Of a DNA stretch of 64,000 bases, positions 35,848 to 48,400 are shown piece after piece. This stretch comes from Lytechinus pictus (taxonomy: Eukaryota). The notes under the pieces are model-generated. The model searched no databases. It saw only the letters and a program-made list of their open reading frames with translations, and had not been told where the DNA came from. The translations under genes and the position numbers were made by a program. Positions within the stretch are counted from its first letter, which is position 1, and each line of letters begins with the position of its first letter. Location of the stretch: contig NC_087247.1 of assembly GCF_037042905.1 (NCBI RefSeq), positions 19,344,001-19,408,000 of the forward strand, given 5' to 3'.

Positions 35848-36368
35848 CCCGGGGGGGGGGGGGTGGGCACGCAGTATATAATGCATAGTGGGTATGTGCC
35901 GCGGAGGGGACCCCCTTTTTAAACTCAAATTTCCGTTCCGAGGCATAGCATTTTTGTCTTATTGAGAAAAAGAACAAAGAAAGCCGCTCTAAAGCATAGC
36001 ATTTTCTTCTTCTCGAGAAAAAAGAAGAAAAAAAATCCGCTCCAGGGCTTCGCATATTTTCCGTTACGCCGTTCTGGTCGCAATTTTGGTGAAAAGCGAC
36101 CGCAGCTCGCTGTCTGACCATCGCCTCTGCGCTAGCGCGCCCGGCAGTCGTGCCGCAGCCCAGCTGCATGCACGTTCCATAGGGATGCATACGCACTCGC
36201 ACGCAGGCGACCGTTCCAAGGACCCCCGTTTTCACAAACATTTGTAGTTCCGAAGGCCGATCCGAGGACCCTCCTTTTTACAATAAGCCCGCTCCAAGGC
36301 CCCCGTTTTTTGTCTCGCCCGCGGCACACCCCCACCACTTTTTTGGTCGAGTCCCCCCCCCCCCCGGG
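35848..36368. mobile_element. CCCGGGGG-terminal MITE nested in the Ginger-like left arm; also 60950-61465
   Basis: cccgggggg..gcac ... gagtcccccccccggg. Absent from the right arm. Confidence 0.75.
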
Positions 36369-37316
36369 CGCATAATGTCGCAGCAAATTGTCAACGAATA
36401 ATGTCACATGTCGCAACGCATAATGTCACAGTGGTATTTTCTTCAGGACTCGAGCTACAGATAAGATATAAAATATGCTTTCACTAAGTATTTTGAGACA
36501 CGAGAAAGAGAATAAGTGATTTGGAAGTCAGGATTACTCTTTGTATGGATATTTATCGGTTTTATTGCCATTTCGTCTACGGTACTGCCTTTTTCCCACT
36601 ATCGCATGGTCTGATATCATTTCATATACCATTAGTTAGTCAACTATCACCATAGTCCAATAACCATTTCGTCTAATTACCATCTCGTCTAATAGCCAGT
36701 TGGTCTAATAGCTGTTTTGTTTATTATCATTTAGTATAATTGTATTTTTTTCAATTGGTCCAATATCCACTTTGTCCAATATCATTACTTCTATTACCTT
36801 TTGGTCTAATAGCCAATTGGTCTAATAACCACTTGGTCTACTCTCATTTCGTCCATGTTCCATTTGGTCTAACTTCAGTTGGTTCACTATCACTTTGTCT
36901 AATCCCATTTCGGCTAACAATCATTTGGTAGATTTGCCATGGGTCCAACCACCAATAGGTCTAATCACCATCTCGTCTAATCATCATTTCGTCCAATAGG
37001 CATATTCATTTCATCTTATAACCATAATGGTCTACTGGCACTAAACCTCTACGGTGACTCTATGTATCATTGCCGATTTGTTGCAGTACTACTCCTGATT
37101 TGTGGTTCAGATCAGCTCGCGAGCGCAAAAAAAACCCTTTACCATCCGCCGACAGGGCATAGGCAGGGAAAAGGAAGGGGAACGAAAGAAAAGGGAAAAG
37201 AAGGGGAAAGAGAGGAGGGAAAATGAGGAAAAATAAGAGGAGACAGAAGAGTGAATAAAATAGGGTGAGGTGAAGACTTTGAAAATTTAAAAAAAAAACT
37301 TTCATGTCTCAAAAGA

Positions 37317-37515
37317 GGCGCGATAGCTCAGTCGGTAAAGCGGGGGTTTCTGATTCCGGTGACCCGTATTCGATTCCCAATTGGTGCGTTAGTGCCCCTT
37401 GGTGAGGCATAATAGTCATTTTCCTACCAGGTCCCTTGGAGAGGACCTTAAGCCGTCGGTCCCCTGGTTGCTTGCTTACAAGCATTCATGCTTTCTTAGC
37501 AACCAGGTAAAAAAA
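37317..37515 (+). mobile_element. tRNA-derived SINE; also 62413-62611
   Basis: A box tagctcagtcgg, B-box-like ttcgattccc, then a CORE-like gtgccccttggtgaggca segment, unique body and A-rich end. Confidence 0.85.
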
Positions 37516-37958
37516 TCACCATGTACTATATAGGCTAAAATTTTCGCTTCGCGCTGGCATCCATATCTACTTCAGAATTTTCATGCATAGTGCTTGAAAA
37601 AGTGCATAAATTTACCCCTTTTCGGACTGGAATATGAAGTATTTTTAGCTCATGCTTCGCTCTCGCTTTATGCTTTTTCAGTTCTGATTTGCTTTGCAAA
37701 GGGTACATCGATAATTATTACTATTACTGTTTTTACTATTACGAAGTTATATTTATGCATGTGTGTAAAATTAGGTATTGAAACTAAGTTTTGGGGCTGG
37801 CCTCACATACAAGCATTGCTTATTTTCGGCAGTCCCTCCGTTTCACTCTAATATACAAAAAATAATAATTTAAGGCAGCTTAATGTCATTAATTGTGTTT
37901 ATCAAATCTATAGGCCTTATTGTGTTTTATAAGATGTTATGTTATGTTATACCGAGGT

Positions 37959-38146
37959 TCTACCTGACTGCTAAGAAAGCACGAATACCTGTGAGCAAGC
38001 AACCAGGGGACCAACGGCTTAAGGTCCTCTCCGAGGGACCTGGTAATGAGGATAAATGCCTTACCAAAGGGCACTAGCGCACCACTTGGGAATCGAACCC
38101 GGGTCAGCGGAATCCGAAACCCATGCTCTACCGACTGAGCTATCGC
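37959..38146 (-). mobile_element. tRNA-derived SINE, same family, opposite orientation; also 63055-63242
   Basis: Reverse complement reads gcgatagctcagtcggtagagc...ccgggttcgattcccaagtggtgcgctagtgccctttggtaaggca. Confidence 0.88.
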
Positions 38147-38553
38147 TTTTTTTTTGTTATATTCTTTATTTTTATGATATGTTTATTATATACAACATTG
38201 TGAAACGGAAAACAGTAAATAAAATGAAATGATTAAAACATGTATTCAAAATGCCTAAATTCTAGGTCTAAATTAACGCAGCTTATTCTATATATTTATA
38301 ACGTGCTTGAATTGTCCAGTTTCAGATCAGAATATAAAAAAAAAACTTCTGCTCGCATTATTAACAATAATGTAGGAAGATACCTAGTTACCCATCCATT
38401 TTACAATTTACAAAACATTAAAAGAGTGTCCAGTTCTTAGATCCAAAATCTATTTTTCGGCTCACGCTGCCGTCAACTGTTTAGTTGTGTAACTCGAGTC
38501 CTGAAGAAAATACCGGTGATTGGACCCATGGCAACGATACCAAATGATTGTTA

Positions 38554-39258
38554 TGCCCGGTTGACACTTGCACGCATTGTGGTGCCCGCATTGCCCCGCA
38601 TTGATGCGTGCCAGTGCGGGACACTTTATGGCACGACTTGGCTATATCAGTTCACGCAATGTCCCGACACGTTCACGACATGTTTGCGCATAGTTCGCGC
38701 ATAGTTCACGCAGTGTTCACGCACTGTCCCGACGTGCTTTCAGCAAATATTCTCGACACCCTATTTCTGTGACGTATCTAGCGCAAATTTAAATATTCAA
38801 CGTTCTGGTGTTGACACCCTCTACGTTCGTTGATTAGAACGACTCACATTGATCACGTGGTCTGTACTCACAATTTTGCGCATGTCATTCGCGAACTATG
38901 CGTGAAGTATGCTTGACCTATGCGCAAAGTATGCGCGACCCTGTCGTGAACTAGTCGCGAACTGCGTGCCACTACCCCGGGGGTGGGGTACCCACTGTTT
39001 TTACGCCACGCACTGGCACGCATTGGCACGACTTGTTTGCGCATAGTTTGCGCACAGTTCACGCACTGCTGCAATGCGGGAAGTGCGTGGCAAAATTTTC
39101 AACATGTTGAAAAATTTTTTTCGCTCTTCACGCATTGCTGCGCATTGCCGCTCATCGTCCCGCCCCTTCCCGCAAGTGTCGACGCATTGGCACGCATGAC
39201 GCAATATCAGTGCGTGAACTATGCGGGAACCGAAAATCGTGAAAGTGTCAACTAGGCA
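38554..39258. mobile_element. 705-bp PIF/Harbinger- or ISL2EU-like MITE, unit C only
   Basis: TIR tgcccggttgacactt / aagtgtcaactaggca. TA duplicated. Empty site gattgttagccgaa at ~63648. Confidence 0.85.
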
Positions 39259-40855
39259 TAGCCGAAATGGGTTTAGACAAAGTGATAGCGAACCAACTGA
39301 AGTTAGACCAAATGGAACATGGACGAAATGAGAGTAGACCAAGTGGTTATTAGACCAATTTGCTATTAGGCCAAAAGGTAATAGACGTAATGATATTGGA
39401 CAAAGTGGATATTGAACCAATTGAAAAAAAATACAATTAGACTAAATGATAATAAACAAAACGGCTATTAGACCAACTGGCTATTAGACGAGATGGTAAT
39501 TAGACGAAATGGTTATTGGACTATGTTGATAGTTGACTAACTAATGGTAGACGAAATTATATCAGACCATGCGATAGTAGGGGAAAAGGCAGTAGACGAA
39601 ATGGCAATGAACCGATAAATATCCATACAAAGAGTAATCCTGATTTCCAAATCACTTAATTCTCTTTCTCGTTTCTCAAAAAAATTAGTGAAAGCATATT
39701 TTATATCTTATCTGTAGCTCGAGTCCTGAAGAAAATACCGCTGGGACATTATGCGTTGCGACTTGTGACGTTATGCGTTAGAAAAACCGCGACATTATGC
39801 GTTGACTGCGACATTATGCGTTGGTGCGATTATCGGTTGTAACAGGGCCTATGTATTAAGTAAATACCATAATACATTGCACTAAACATGACACATACAT
39901 ATTTATCATATTTAGCGTGGATGGAGACAGCTATTGAAGTCTTATACTAAGACTTGTTCTTCCATAGCTGCCCCCTAAAAAAGTTAAACTCAATACTCAC
40001 TGGTATTTATTAACATTTTCGGAATTTCGGAGACGGGGCGTTCTAATGACCCCCCCCCCCCCCTCCATGACCACCGTTTCGCGATGTATGTTTCTTTGTA
40101 ATTTAGTAGTAAACTTTGTAATACAAAACTTTATACAAAAAATTTTGTGTTAGATTTTGAAATAAAATTAAGAAAATGTTATCACTTTCCACGCTCTTTT
40201 CTTTCCCGGTTTCAACCTTCTCTTGGTCTCGAAACTTTGGGGGTCCATGTCCCTTGCCCCACCCCATCTGTCTGCTTTTGATGAAGGGTGAACTATCCTG
40301 CAAAGTTCAACGGGTTTAGAGGAGAGGGCGCGCCACAGATTATCTGAGAAGATCGTATCATGGACCTGTAGTCGGTCCATGATCGTATTGATTCCTTTCT
40401 GTGACCGGCGTATCAATTTAATAAAGATCAGGGCTTTCCCCAAGATTCTTACAAATAAGTCTTCAAAACATCAAGTTGTTTTTGCACATTAAACTATTTG
40501 CAAAATATATGAGATAAATATTTAATCTACATAATTGGTTTTAGCGTTGACAAAACTTTCTCGCTCTCTATAACAGTCCTACATTAACTATTACATAAAT
40601 GAACAACAAAACAGATGCGTATTGTACGTATTTAAGTGCAAAGTTGCACAATTTGCAACTTGCTTCATTCTAATATCCAATAGCTATCACAAAGCCATCC
40701 ATATTAATTAAGGCAAAGGTAAATTAAAACCTTTAAAAAAAAGGCTATATAGTTAAATTTCCTAATTGATCGATCGTATTCCTCAATCAATGTTAATAAA
40801 ATTTTGGCATAATTTTGTAAGCCGTATTATACAGGACGCAACAAATGGCATCATC

Positions 40856-42187
40856 CTACTGAAGATGACTAAGTCGCACGGTGTTTGTAAGTACACTGCC
40901 ATCTGCAAAAGCAGATGCTTGGACAGACGGAAGTACGCTAGAGGATGTCTCCACTTCGTGTCCAAAGACAGGATCATGGCTTGATCGGGAACAGATAAAG
41001 ATGCCTTTGAGTGCTTTACGAAACCTTGGATTCCTGGCAGTGTAGATGAAAGGATTCACGCACGAGTTGAAGTAAGCCAGGTTTTGGAAGAAACGATGCA
41101 GTGGACTCCAAATGTAATTTCTAGCAGTGCCGAACCGCATTTTTGCGCAGAAGTAGGCAATTTGAGACGGTGCCCAGCAAATGATGAATACAACTATGAC
41201 AATAAGCATCATCTTGAGAACGCGAGTACGAGCTTTCAGATGAATTGATGGCTTACAAGCGTTGGCAGATCCTTCTGTTAAGATCTTGGAGAAATGTTGG
41301 GCCTCTCGGTAAAGTTTCTTGGCTATTAGAATTTGGGTGAGAAGGATAAGTACAGTTGGCAAACCAATGCGTAGACAGATGTTGTAAGCAGCAAAGGCCA
41401 TGTCGCCTTCGACTGAAAATTCTCTGCGAACGCACCGTCCAGTGAGGTCTTCAACATAGATCCCAAAGATGGGCCTGCTTCCTGCGAGCATGAACGTCAA
41501 CCAAACAAGAGCTGTACAAATACACGCTCGCCTCTTTGTGACCATGCGATTGAAGGTGAGAGGATGGACAACCGCGAAGTAGCGGTCGAAACATATGGCT
41601 ACAAGTTGATAAGAAGATACCGTGATTAGCATCCAATGTAACGTAGGAGAAAAGATCAAGCGACAATAGAGATGTCCCGCAACACTCGAAGGCATTGTTT
41701 GAGCTTTCGGGTGGGGAATCATCACGATGGATAACAAGAAATCTGCAAGGGCTAGATTGCCCACCAGGATGTCAGTGGAGCGTCTGGAGGATTTCTTCCA
41801 GAACACCACAAGGATGACTAGGAAGTTCCCCAGTATCCCCAGAATCGCAGAAACCATCTGTAAGATGACCCACCAAGGCCATTCCATTGTTGACCAAGAC
41901 CATTGAAATAAAGTCTTTGGTTGCATTTCTTCGGAGCGGTCTTCCTCGTAAGTAAAATTCAATAAAAAGTCGGAGGAGAGATCATCGTTGCTTAAAACAT
42001 TTGAACTTGTGGTGAAGATGAATTCGTTTGGTCGACCCGTTGATTCTTTGCCAGTGCTATGTGCGAATGGACTTGATCCTGGAGAAGCCGATGTTCCTCC
42101 GAGACGAAGCGTTGATTGGTTTGTGGCCAGGGATTCATCTTTAACCAACACCAGGTAGATAATTGTGGAATAGAATTTGAAATTCAT
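40856..42187 (-). CDS. GPCR copy 4, intact, most divergent paralogue, 443 aa from first ATG
   Basis: Same motifs. About 42 aa differences from copy 2 (counted by eye), nearly all in the 7TM core and loops. Confidence 0.93.
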   Translation of the reverse strand: MNFKFYSTIIYLVLVKDESLATNQSTLRLGGTSASPGSSPFAHSTGKESTGRPNEFIFTTSSNVLSNDDLSSDFLLNFTYEEDRSEEMQPKTLFQWSWSTMEWPWWVILQMVSAILGILGNFLVILVVFWKKSSRRSTDILVGNLALADFLLSIVMIPHPKAQTMPSSVAGHLYCRLIFSPTLHWMLITVSSYQLVAICFDRYFAVVHPLTFNRMVTKRRACICTALVWLTFMLAGSRPIFGIYVEDLTGRCVRREFSVEGDMAFAAYNICLRIGLPTVLILLTQILIAKKLYREAQHFSKILTEGSANACKPSIHLKARTRVLKMMLIVIVVFIICWAPSQIAYFCAKMRFGTARNYIWSPLHRFFQNLAYFNSCVNPFIYTARNPRFRKALKGIFICSRSSHDPVFGHEVETSSSVLPSVQASAFADGSVLTNTVRLSHLQ

Positions 42188-42213
42188 CTTCAATTATGGT
42201 AAAATACGTCCTC

Positions 42214-42481
42214 CTGATGAAATAAAAAGGAAAAATAATATTAAAAAGATAATTTTATTTCTTAGCTCAAATGAAAATCTTTATAAACAAGACACCGATA
42301 TCCAATTTCGGGGATCGTTTCTGTTTGTTGTAATTAATTTCATAACACTTCTTTTGATTTAATTTTCAAAAACGATTAAATTTTCAATAAGATATAAATG
42401 ATATTTAAGACTTACCGATTGGCGTTTGACTGATAGTTGTTGAAGAGCTGATGTAGTCTCCCAAGCTTTCACTTTTATATA
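42214..42481 (-). promoter_or_regulatory. Copy 4 predicted TATA (42473-42481), exon 1 and 202-bp 5'UTR intron (42214-42415)
   Basis: Same conserved signals as the other copies. Confidence 0.65.
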
Positions 42482-45400
42482 GTCTGTGGTGTTTACCGCT
42501 GTGTCATCTATTACGATCAATGCATTATTTCTAGGCCCTGGATAGCAATGTTTCAATATTGAATTCCACCTTTTCTAGTTTTATATTGACTGTGCTTACA
42601 ATTAAATGAAAAAATGCCTCTCTTTTTAATGTACAGGTAACTTCCTGACATGTTAAAAAGATTTAAAAAACGGTGAAACCATAACCTACTCTAAACGGAA
42701 AGAAAATATCAGCTATTTCCGGAATTGAATATCTGTCAAAGAAATCACTCAAATAAAAGTCTTTTGAGATTTCATTAAAGTTTCTTCCAACCTTCACTGT
42801 CATATGGAATTTTAATTTCGTGATACATGAGTGACTCTTTCAACAAAATATGCAGCTGGCGTTCATTCATTTTTGTTAAGTGTACTCTGAATAGTCGAAA
42901 ACTTGATACTAAAGCGGTTAATGGGAATCTTTTCAAGAATTTCTGCTCCCAGACAAGCCGTAAATGCCATTATTGCGGCGATGATAGTGTATTTGAATTA
43001 AACGATTTAAAAGGTACGGAAGTAATGGATTTGAACAACAAATCAAATTCAATAAAATCAGTATGCTAAGGTTTGAAAAAAGAGGCCCTAAGTGCTTTTC
43101 AGACATCTCATTTTGTTTAGCATCCCTCGATATTTTTCTACTAGTGTGCTTCAGCTCTCTTAGAACTTCTATGGAACTTGTTAGGCGCCATATCCATTTC
43201 GCAAGAGGTGCTCAAGGCGCACAAGTGAAGGGGGGCAAACGAAATTACAAGTAACAGAAAATCATCGATAAAATGAGTTAAAGAGGTCGGTTTTTGGCTT
43301 AATCTTAAATGTTTCGACACTCTTGCTATCTCGGATCTCTCGTGGGAGGGAATTCCAAAGTGAGGGCCCTGCATGGATGAATGCCCCCCCCCCACACACA
43401 CACACATTTTGTTTTACATTTTGGAACTGTAAGAAGACCTGGGCCCTGTCTTACAAAGAGTTACGATTGATCCAATCAATCGGTACTCTATTGAATTCAT
43501 CAGTGTCATATTTTTTTCTACAGGAAATGTGCATAATGTCCTTTGTAAACAAAAAGAAGCACACTGAATTTTCAAGACAACGATGAATGCATAAATATAC
43601 ATCATAGTTAGAAACATGCGTAGTAAACATGCATAGTATAGATGTTGACATTGCTGTCCGTCCATAGTTGCGATCGATCGGATCAATCGCAACTCTTTGT
43701 ATAAGACGTGGCCCAGATTCACTGCATATGGAGCGTAGAAGCCAAGATGGTGTGTAGAGCAGAGTTGTACTGTGGAGCAGAGCCCAGTTAAAAGCCCCCT
43801 CACGCCTGACCGAATGTAGGCGGACGAAGGGTGACGAATGGGAAAAATGCACGCGAATTCAACGAATTCAAATAAAATTTCCGTCAAATCATACGATCAG
43901 TAACTATTGTCAAATGTTATCAACGAACGGTAAGCTAATGATAAATATGACATGCGAAGGATATCGATATTTCGGTTCACCTCTTTGATTAAATTGCAGC
44001 CGAAGGCGAGCGAAAGGTTGGTATAACCCAATAAGACGAACGAACAGTGAGCAATGGTTTGATATGGTGTGCGATTTTAAACGAAGAAGAGGGAATAGAT
44101 CGGGCGTTCTTGTACGTTTGTGTCATCGTGTTGCTTCGATAATAAGGGTTCTTTCGAGATCGGTCCACTTTGGCAAAAGCGGGATGGGGGACTATGCGCG
44201 ACAATAACGCACGAACGATAAACGAACGATTACCGCATACTAAATAAGAGATGCGAATTCAAACAGATGACCAACGATTTTTCAATTCGTCGGAAATTTT
44301 TGTTCGAAATTTCCGCGCGAATTTGAATAATCGCAGCTGTCAGTTCAGAAGGTGTACGAACCCAAACACGAAGGGTAAATATGATTTACTATCACTTACC
44401 ATTGAAAACGATGAAGAAAAAAATTGCCTTTCGCCAGCCATCGCAAGGCATATTTCTGGCAATTCGGTTAGGTGTGAGGGGACCTTACAGGATTTCGAAT
44501 TTGCCGCGTTCACTCATGGGCAACCAATGTAAAGATTTAAGAACAGGAGTGATGTGGGTAAAATTTGCTACGAAGGGTCACTATACGAGCAGCAGAATTC
44601 TGTAGTTTTTGCAAACGAGTAATTTGAGACTGGAGTAGATTAAATAAATGTGCATTGCCGAAATCAAGACGAGATTAAATCAATGAATGAACAATTTTCT
44701 CGGTTGCGTCAAGAGTCAAATATTTGCGTGACTGATACCGTACAGATTTACAAATGTATTGAATACGAGTACCATCGATCTTATTCGAGTCGAGAAACAT
44801 ACCAAGATTGTTTTCAGAAACTTCAATAATGTGGTTGGCTATAGAAATTGATGTAATTTGTATTCTAGACAGATGGGTTATTAATGAAATCATATTATAC
44901 AGTGCGTCCCACAAAAAACGAAACCGAGATTTATCGATGATTTATCATAACTTAATCACAAATACAATAGCCAAATGACCTACCATTGTAAAGCTTAGTA
45001 TCTCCTCTTTCATCTAAAATTACTTAGATTATTTCTCCTTCACGCATGAGTGAGCAAAAAGAATTTGAAGAGGGGATACCAAAAAGTCACTTGGCGGGTT
45101 GATCTGGGTTTCAAAAAGAAAACCACATATTTGAAAAGTTCAATATCTGCTCTTTAATTTGATACCTCAATTACAGAAAATGGTCAAGAAATAACAAAGT
45201 TCTGGTTATGTGAAATAAGGCTTGAATTTCAACAATAGCCACCTTTCGCAATCCTCACGGACGCTAATATTAGGGTCCCCTAACACAAAAGTTAACGCTG
45301 GCAATTGATTCCATTGGTCAAATCACCTCTCCAGCCGAAACCATTTCGCATGCGTTGATTATGTACACAGCATGTATACGTCTGAACACGTTTTTTCTTT

Positions 45401-48400
45401 TGTTTACTCCTAAACAAACGATATGCCTCAAGCACACAATGTAATGGGCATTATGTTTTACTTTCCCCAGAAATGGGGGATTAGATTCGAATTCCCGGGG
45501 GACCACTTCCATTGATGAGTGGATACCAGGCACGACCATGCGGTTTCGAAAAGCACCCTACACAAGGGAAGCAAGGCTTTTCCAGATTATGAAAATGCAT
45601 CTCTTAACAAGTATTTAGCTTGTGAAACCCTACAAGTATTGAAAACATATCCTCCTTTTCGGTATTTTAAACATCGTTTTTTACAATAACGTTACATAGG
45701 CCAATACGTAACGTACTCTCTCCCTTTTTACGCGTGGTCGCGCCTGGTATCCACTCTTCAATGGAAGTGGGCCCCCCGGCCTCTCGAGCTCTGGGATGAA
45801 CCAAATGTGGCTTTGAAAAGTCGTCCTAAATCGGATATATCGCTGTTACCATAGTAGCAACCAGAATTTTGCACACGAAACGCAGATTGAATGTTTCCGT
45901 TCCAGATGCGAAACGAAAAAAAATCTCATGTCACACAATTTGCATTGCAGGACAGAGTTTTACGACCATGACGACGGACCCAAAAGTCTCTTCCAAAATC
46001 AACTACCGTCGCAAAAAATTAGCGTTCGCGTTCTCCAACGAAAGGTCGGTTTTACAGGCTATCGTCCAGACTCACTCAAGACTCCGTTTTGTTGACGATC
46101 AGCCATGCATTAAGTCTTTTGTTAACCGTGTGATAGCTTTGTTGGGAAACCTGTGAAAACACGTTTATTTAATGAAATTATGGAAATACAAGCATCGTTT
46201 CGAGGGAACAGAACTTTTTTACTTCTTGACCATTTTCTGTGATTAAGGTATCAAAATTAATGAAAGAGCAGATATTGAATTTTTTAGGCATGTCATTTTT
46301 CTTTTGAAATTCAAATACCCCCCGCCAAATAAGTTTTTGGTATCCTTTTTTTAAATTGTTTTTGCTCACTCATGCGTAAATGAGGAATATTCTAAGTAAT
46401 TTCAGATGAAAGAGGAGATTCTAAGCTTTACAATATGGTATGTCATTTGTCTATTGCATTTATGATTAAGTTATGATAAATCATCGCTAAATCTCGGTTT
46501 CGTTTTTTGTGGGACGCACTGTATAACGGTAACCCTTCAAAAGTTATCCGCGTCCCCTTGTTACTTTCAACGACTAACTTTTTCACGCATGCAATATGAC
46601 AGTTCTATATCAAATTCAACATCTTTTACAAAGGAAAACCACTGTTTTGACTTTTAATTAATGAGAATTATCAATTGAATCTTGGGATACTCATATACCA
46701 GTATAACAACCACGAATTAACCTCCGTTTTAACAATATATTTCAAGTAAATAATTAAAGTAGCCATAACTCAACTATGTACAAATCAATTTGTACCACTT
46801 GCCAAGGACTCGTATATACAGCACAGAACACTTTCATATTGACTGCCCAAAATATTGGAATTCCCTTCCTCTGAATATAAGAGAGAGTTAAAGCTAATGT
46901 ACATTTAAACTTAAAGTTAAGAAATCGCTTTTTGCCTCCTACTCCCAACAACCTCCCTGGAATGTTTGACAATTATACAGATCCCATCTACGACCCTTTC
47001 CAGTGGCGGATCCAGGGGGCACAGGGGGCGCATGCCCCCCTAAAAAAAAGTAAAATAAAGAAAAGGCGCCGGTTAAAAAAATTATACACTGATATAATAT
47101 TAGCAACAGGAAGGAAAGACTATCCCCAACAAAGCACAATCATATCATCTTCGTTATCTTTTCTTTTAACTACCCTTTTCCCAACAGCTTCGCCGGTTAA
47201 AAATAATCAGCAGTGCGCTGCCTGCATATAACTGGCGCCAATCAAGAATAATCAGCTCCACCTAAATCTAAATCGGCAACGGACAAGAAAAATCAGTACC
47301 GCTGATCAAGAATAATCAGCTCCGCCTAAATCCAAATCGGCGCCAGTAAAGAACGATCAGCACCATCTGGTTATAAATCGGCGCCTGTCAAGATTAATCA
47401 GCGCCCCCAGGTTCTAAATCAGCGCCGGTAAAGACAAATCAGCGCTGCCTGAGTTTTAATCGGCGCCGATCAAGAATAATCAGCTCCACCTAAATCTAAA
47501 TCGGCGCCGGACAAGAATAATCAGCACCACCTGGTTAAAAATTGGCGCCAGTCAAGAATAATCGGCGCCAGTCGATTATGAATTGCCGCTGCCTGAATCT
47601 TACGTGACATCGGTAAAAATAATCAGCACTACTTGTTCTAAATCGGCGCCGGTCAAGACAAATCGGTGCTGCCTTTGTCTTAACCGGCGCCGATCAAGAA
47701 TAACCAGCGCCACCTAAATTTAAATCGGCGCCGGTCAAGAATAATCAGCGTCCCCTGGTTCCAATAAATAGGCGCCGGTAGAATAATGAAGAAGGGCCTA
47801 TATTGCAAACCAAATCTAGATCGGCGTCGGTCAAGAATGATCAGCGGCACCTGGTTATACATGTTATTGTTGAATGGTGGTCATAACAAATAACAAAGCT
47901 TATCGCATGCCCTTACAGAGTGGACTGGGGCGGGGCAGTTGCCCACAGATGTCATGAAATCTTTAATTTGTTATTTAAAAAATCCCAGAATCATACAAAA
48001 GTGTAGAGCAAATCCTTTAATTTTGATCTTATTTTCCAATGCTTTAATAAAAAAAGGTCAGACGGTTGCTAATACCGGGAGTGTATAATTACGCAACCCG
48101 ACGTATATTCGTTAGACCTTAAACCACTAAATATCATTTTAAATGTATAAATACAGTTTGTCAATACCTTTGTTTTAACGTTTAAATGTTTACGCCACTA
48201 AATTTGATTTATTTTCATCTTCCATTAAGTTAAATATTATTCATCTGATCACTCAGGAAGAAGTTAAAAACAAAGATAACGATACCTGTAAAACTGGAGA
48301 ACTATTTCCAAAGCTCTGTCTTGAAGGATCTCTTTCTGAATTCAGGTCATAAGCATTATATCCAGTTTCATCAAAGTAATTAGATAAAAATTACTCATCA

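Larger units (their letters stand above)
35724..39844. mobile_element. 4.1-kb Ginger-like (TGT...ACA) non-autonomous DNA transposon with nested cargo
   Basis: Termini tgttacaaccgataat / attatcggttgtaaca. 5-bp TSD gggcc. Subterminal acgcataatgtcgca repeats. Empty site agaagggcctat in units A, B and B'. Confidence 0.85.

Noticed and set aside
37317-37390. tRNA genes
   Set aside because: The tRNA-like heads continue into a shared SINE body and lack a proper acceptor stem.
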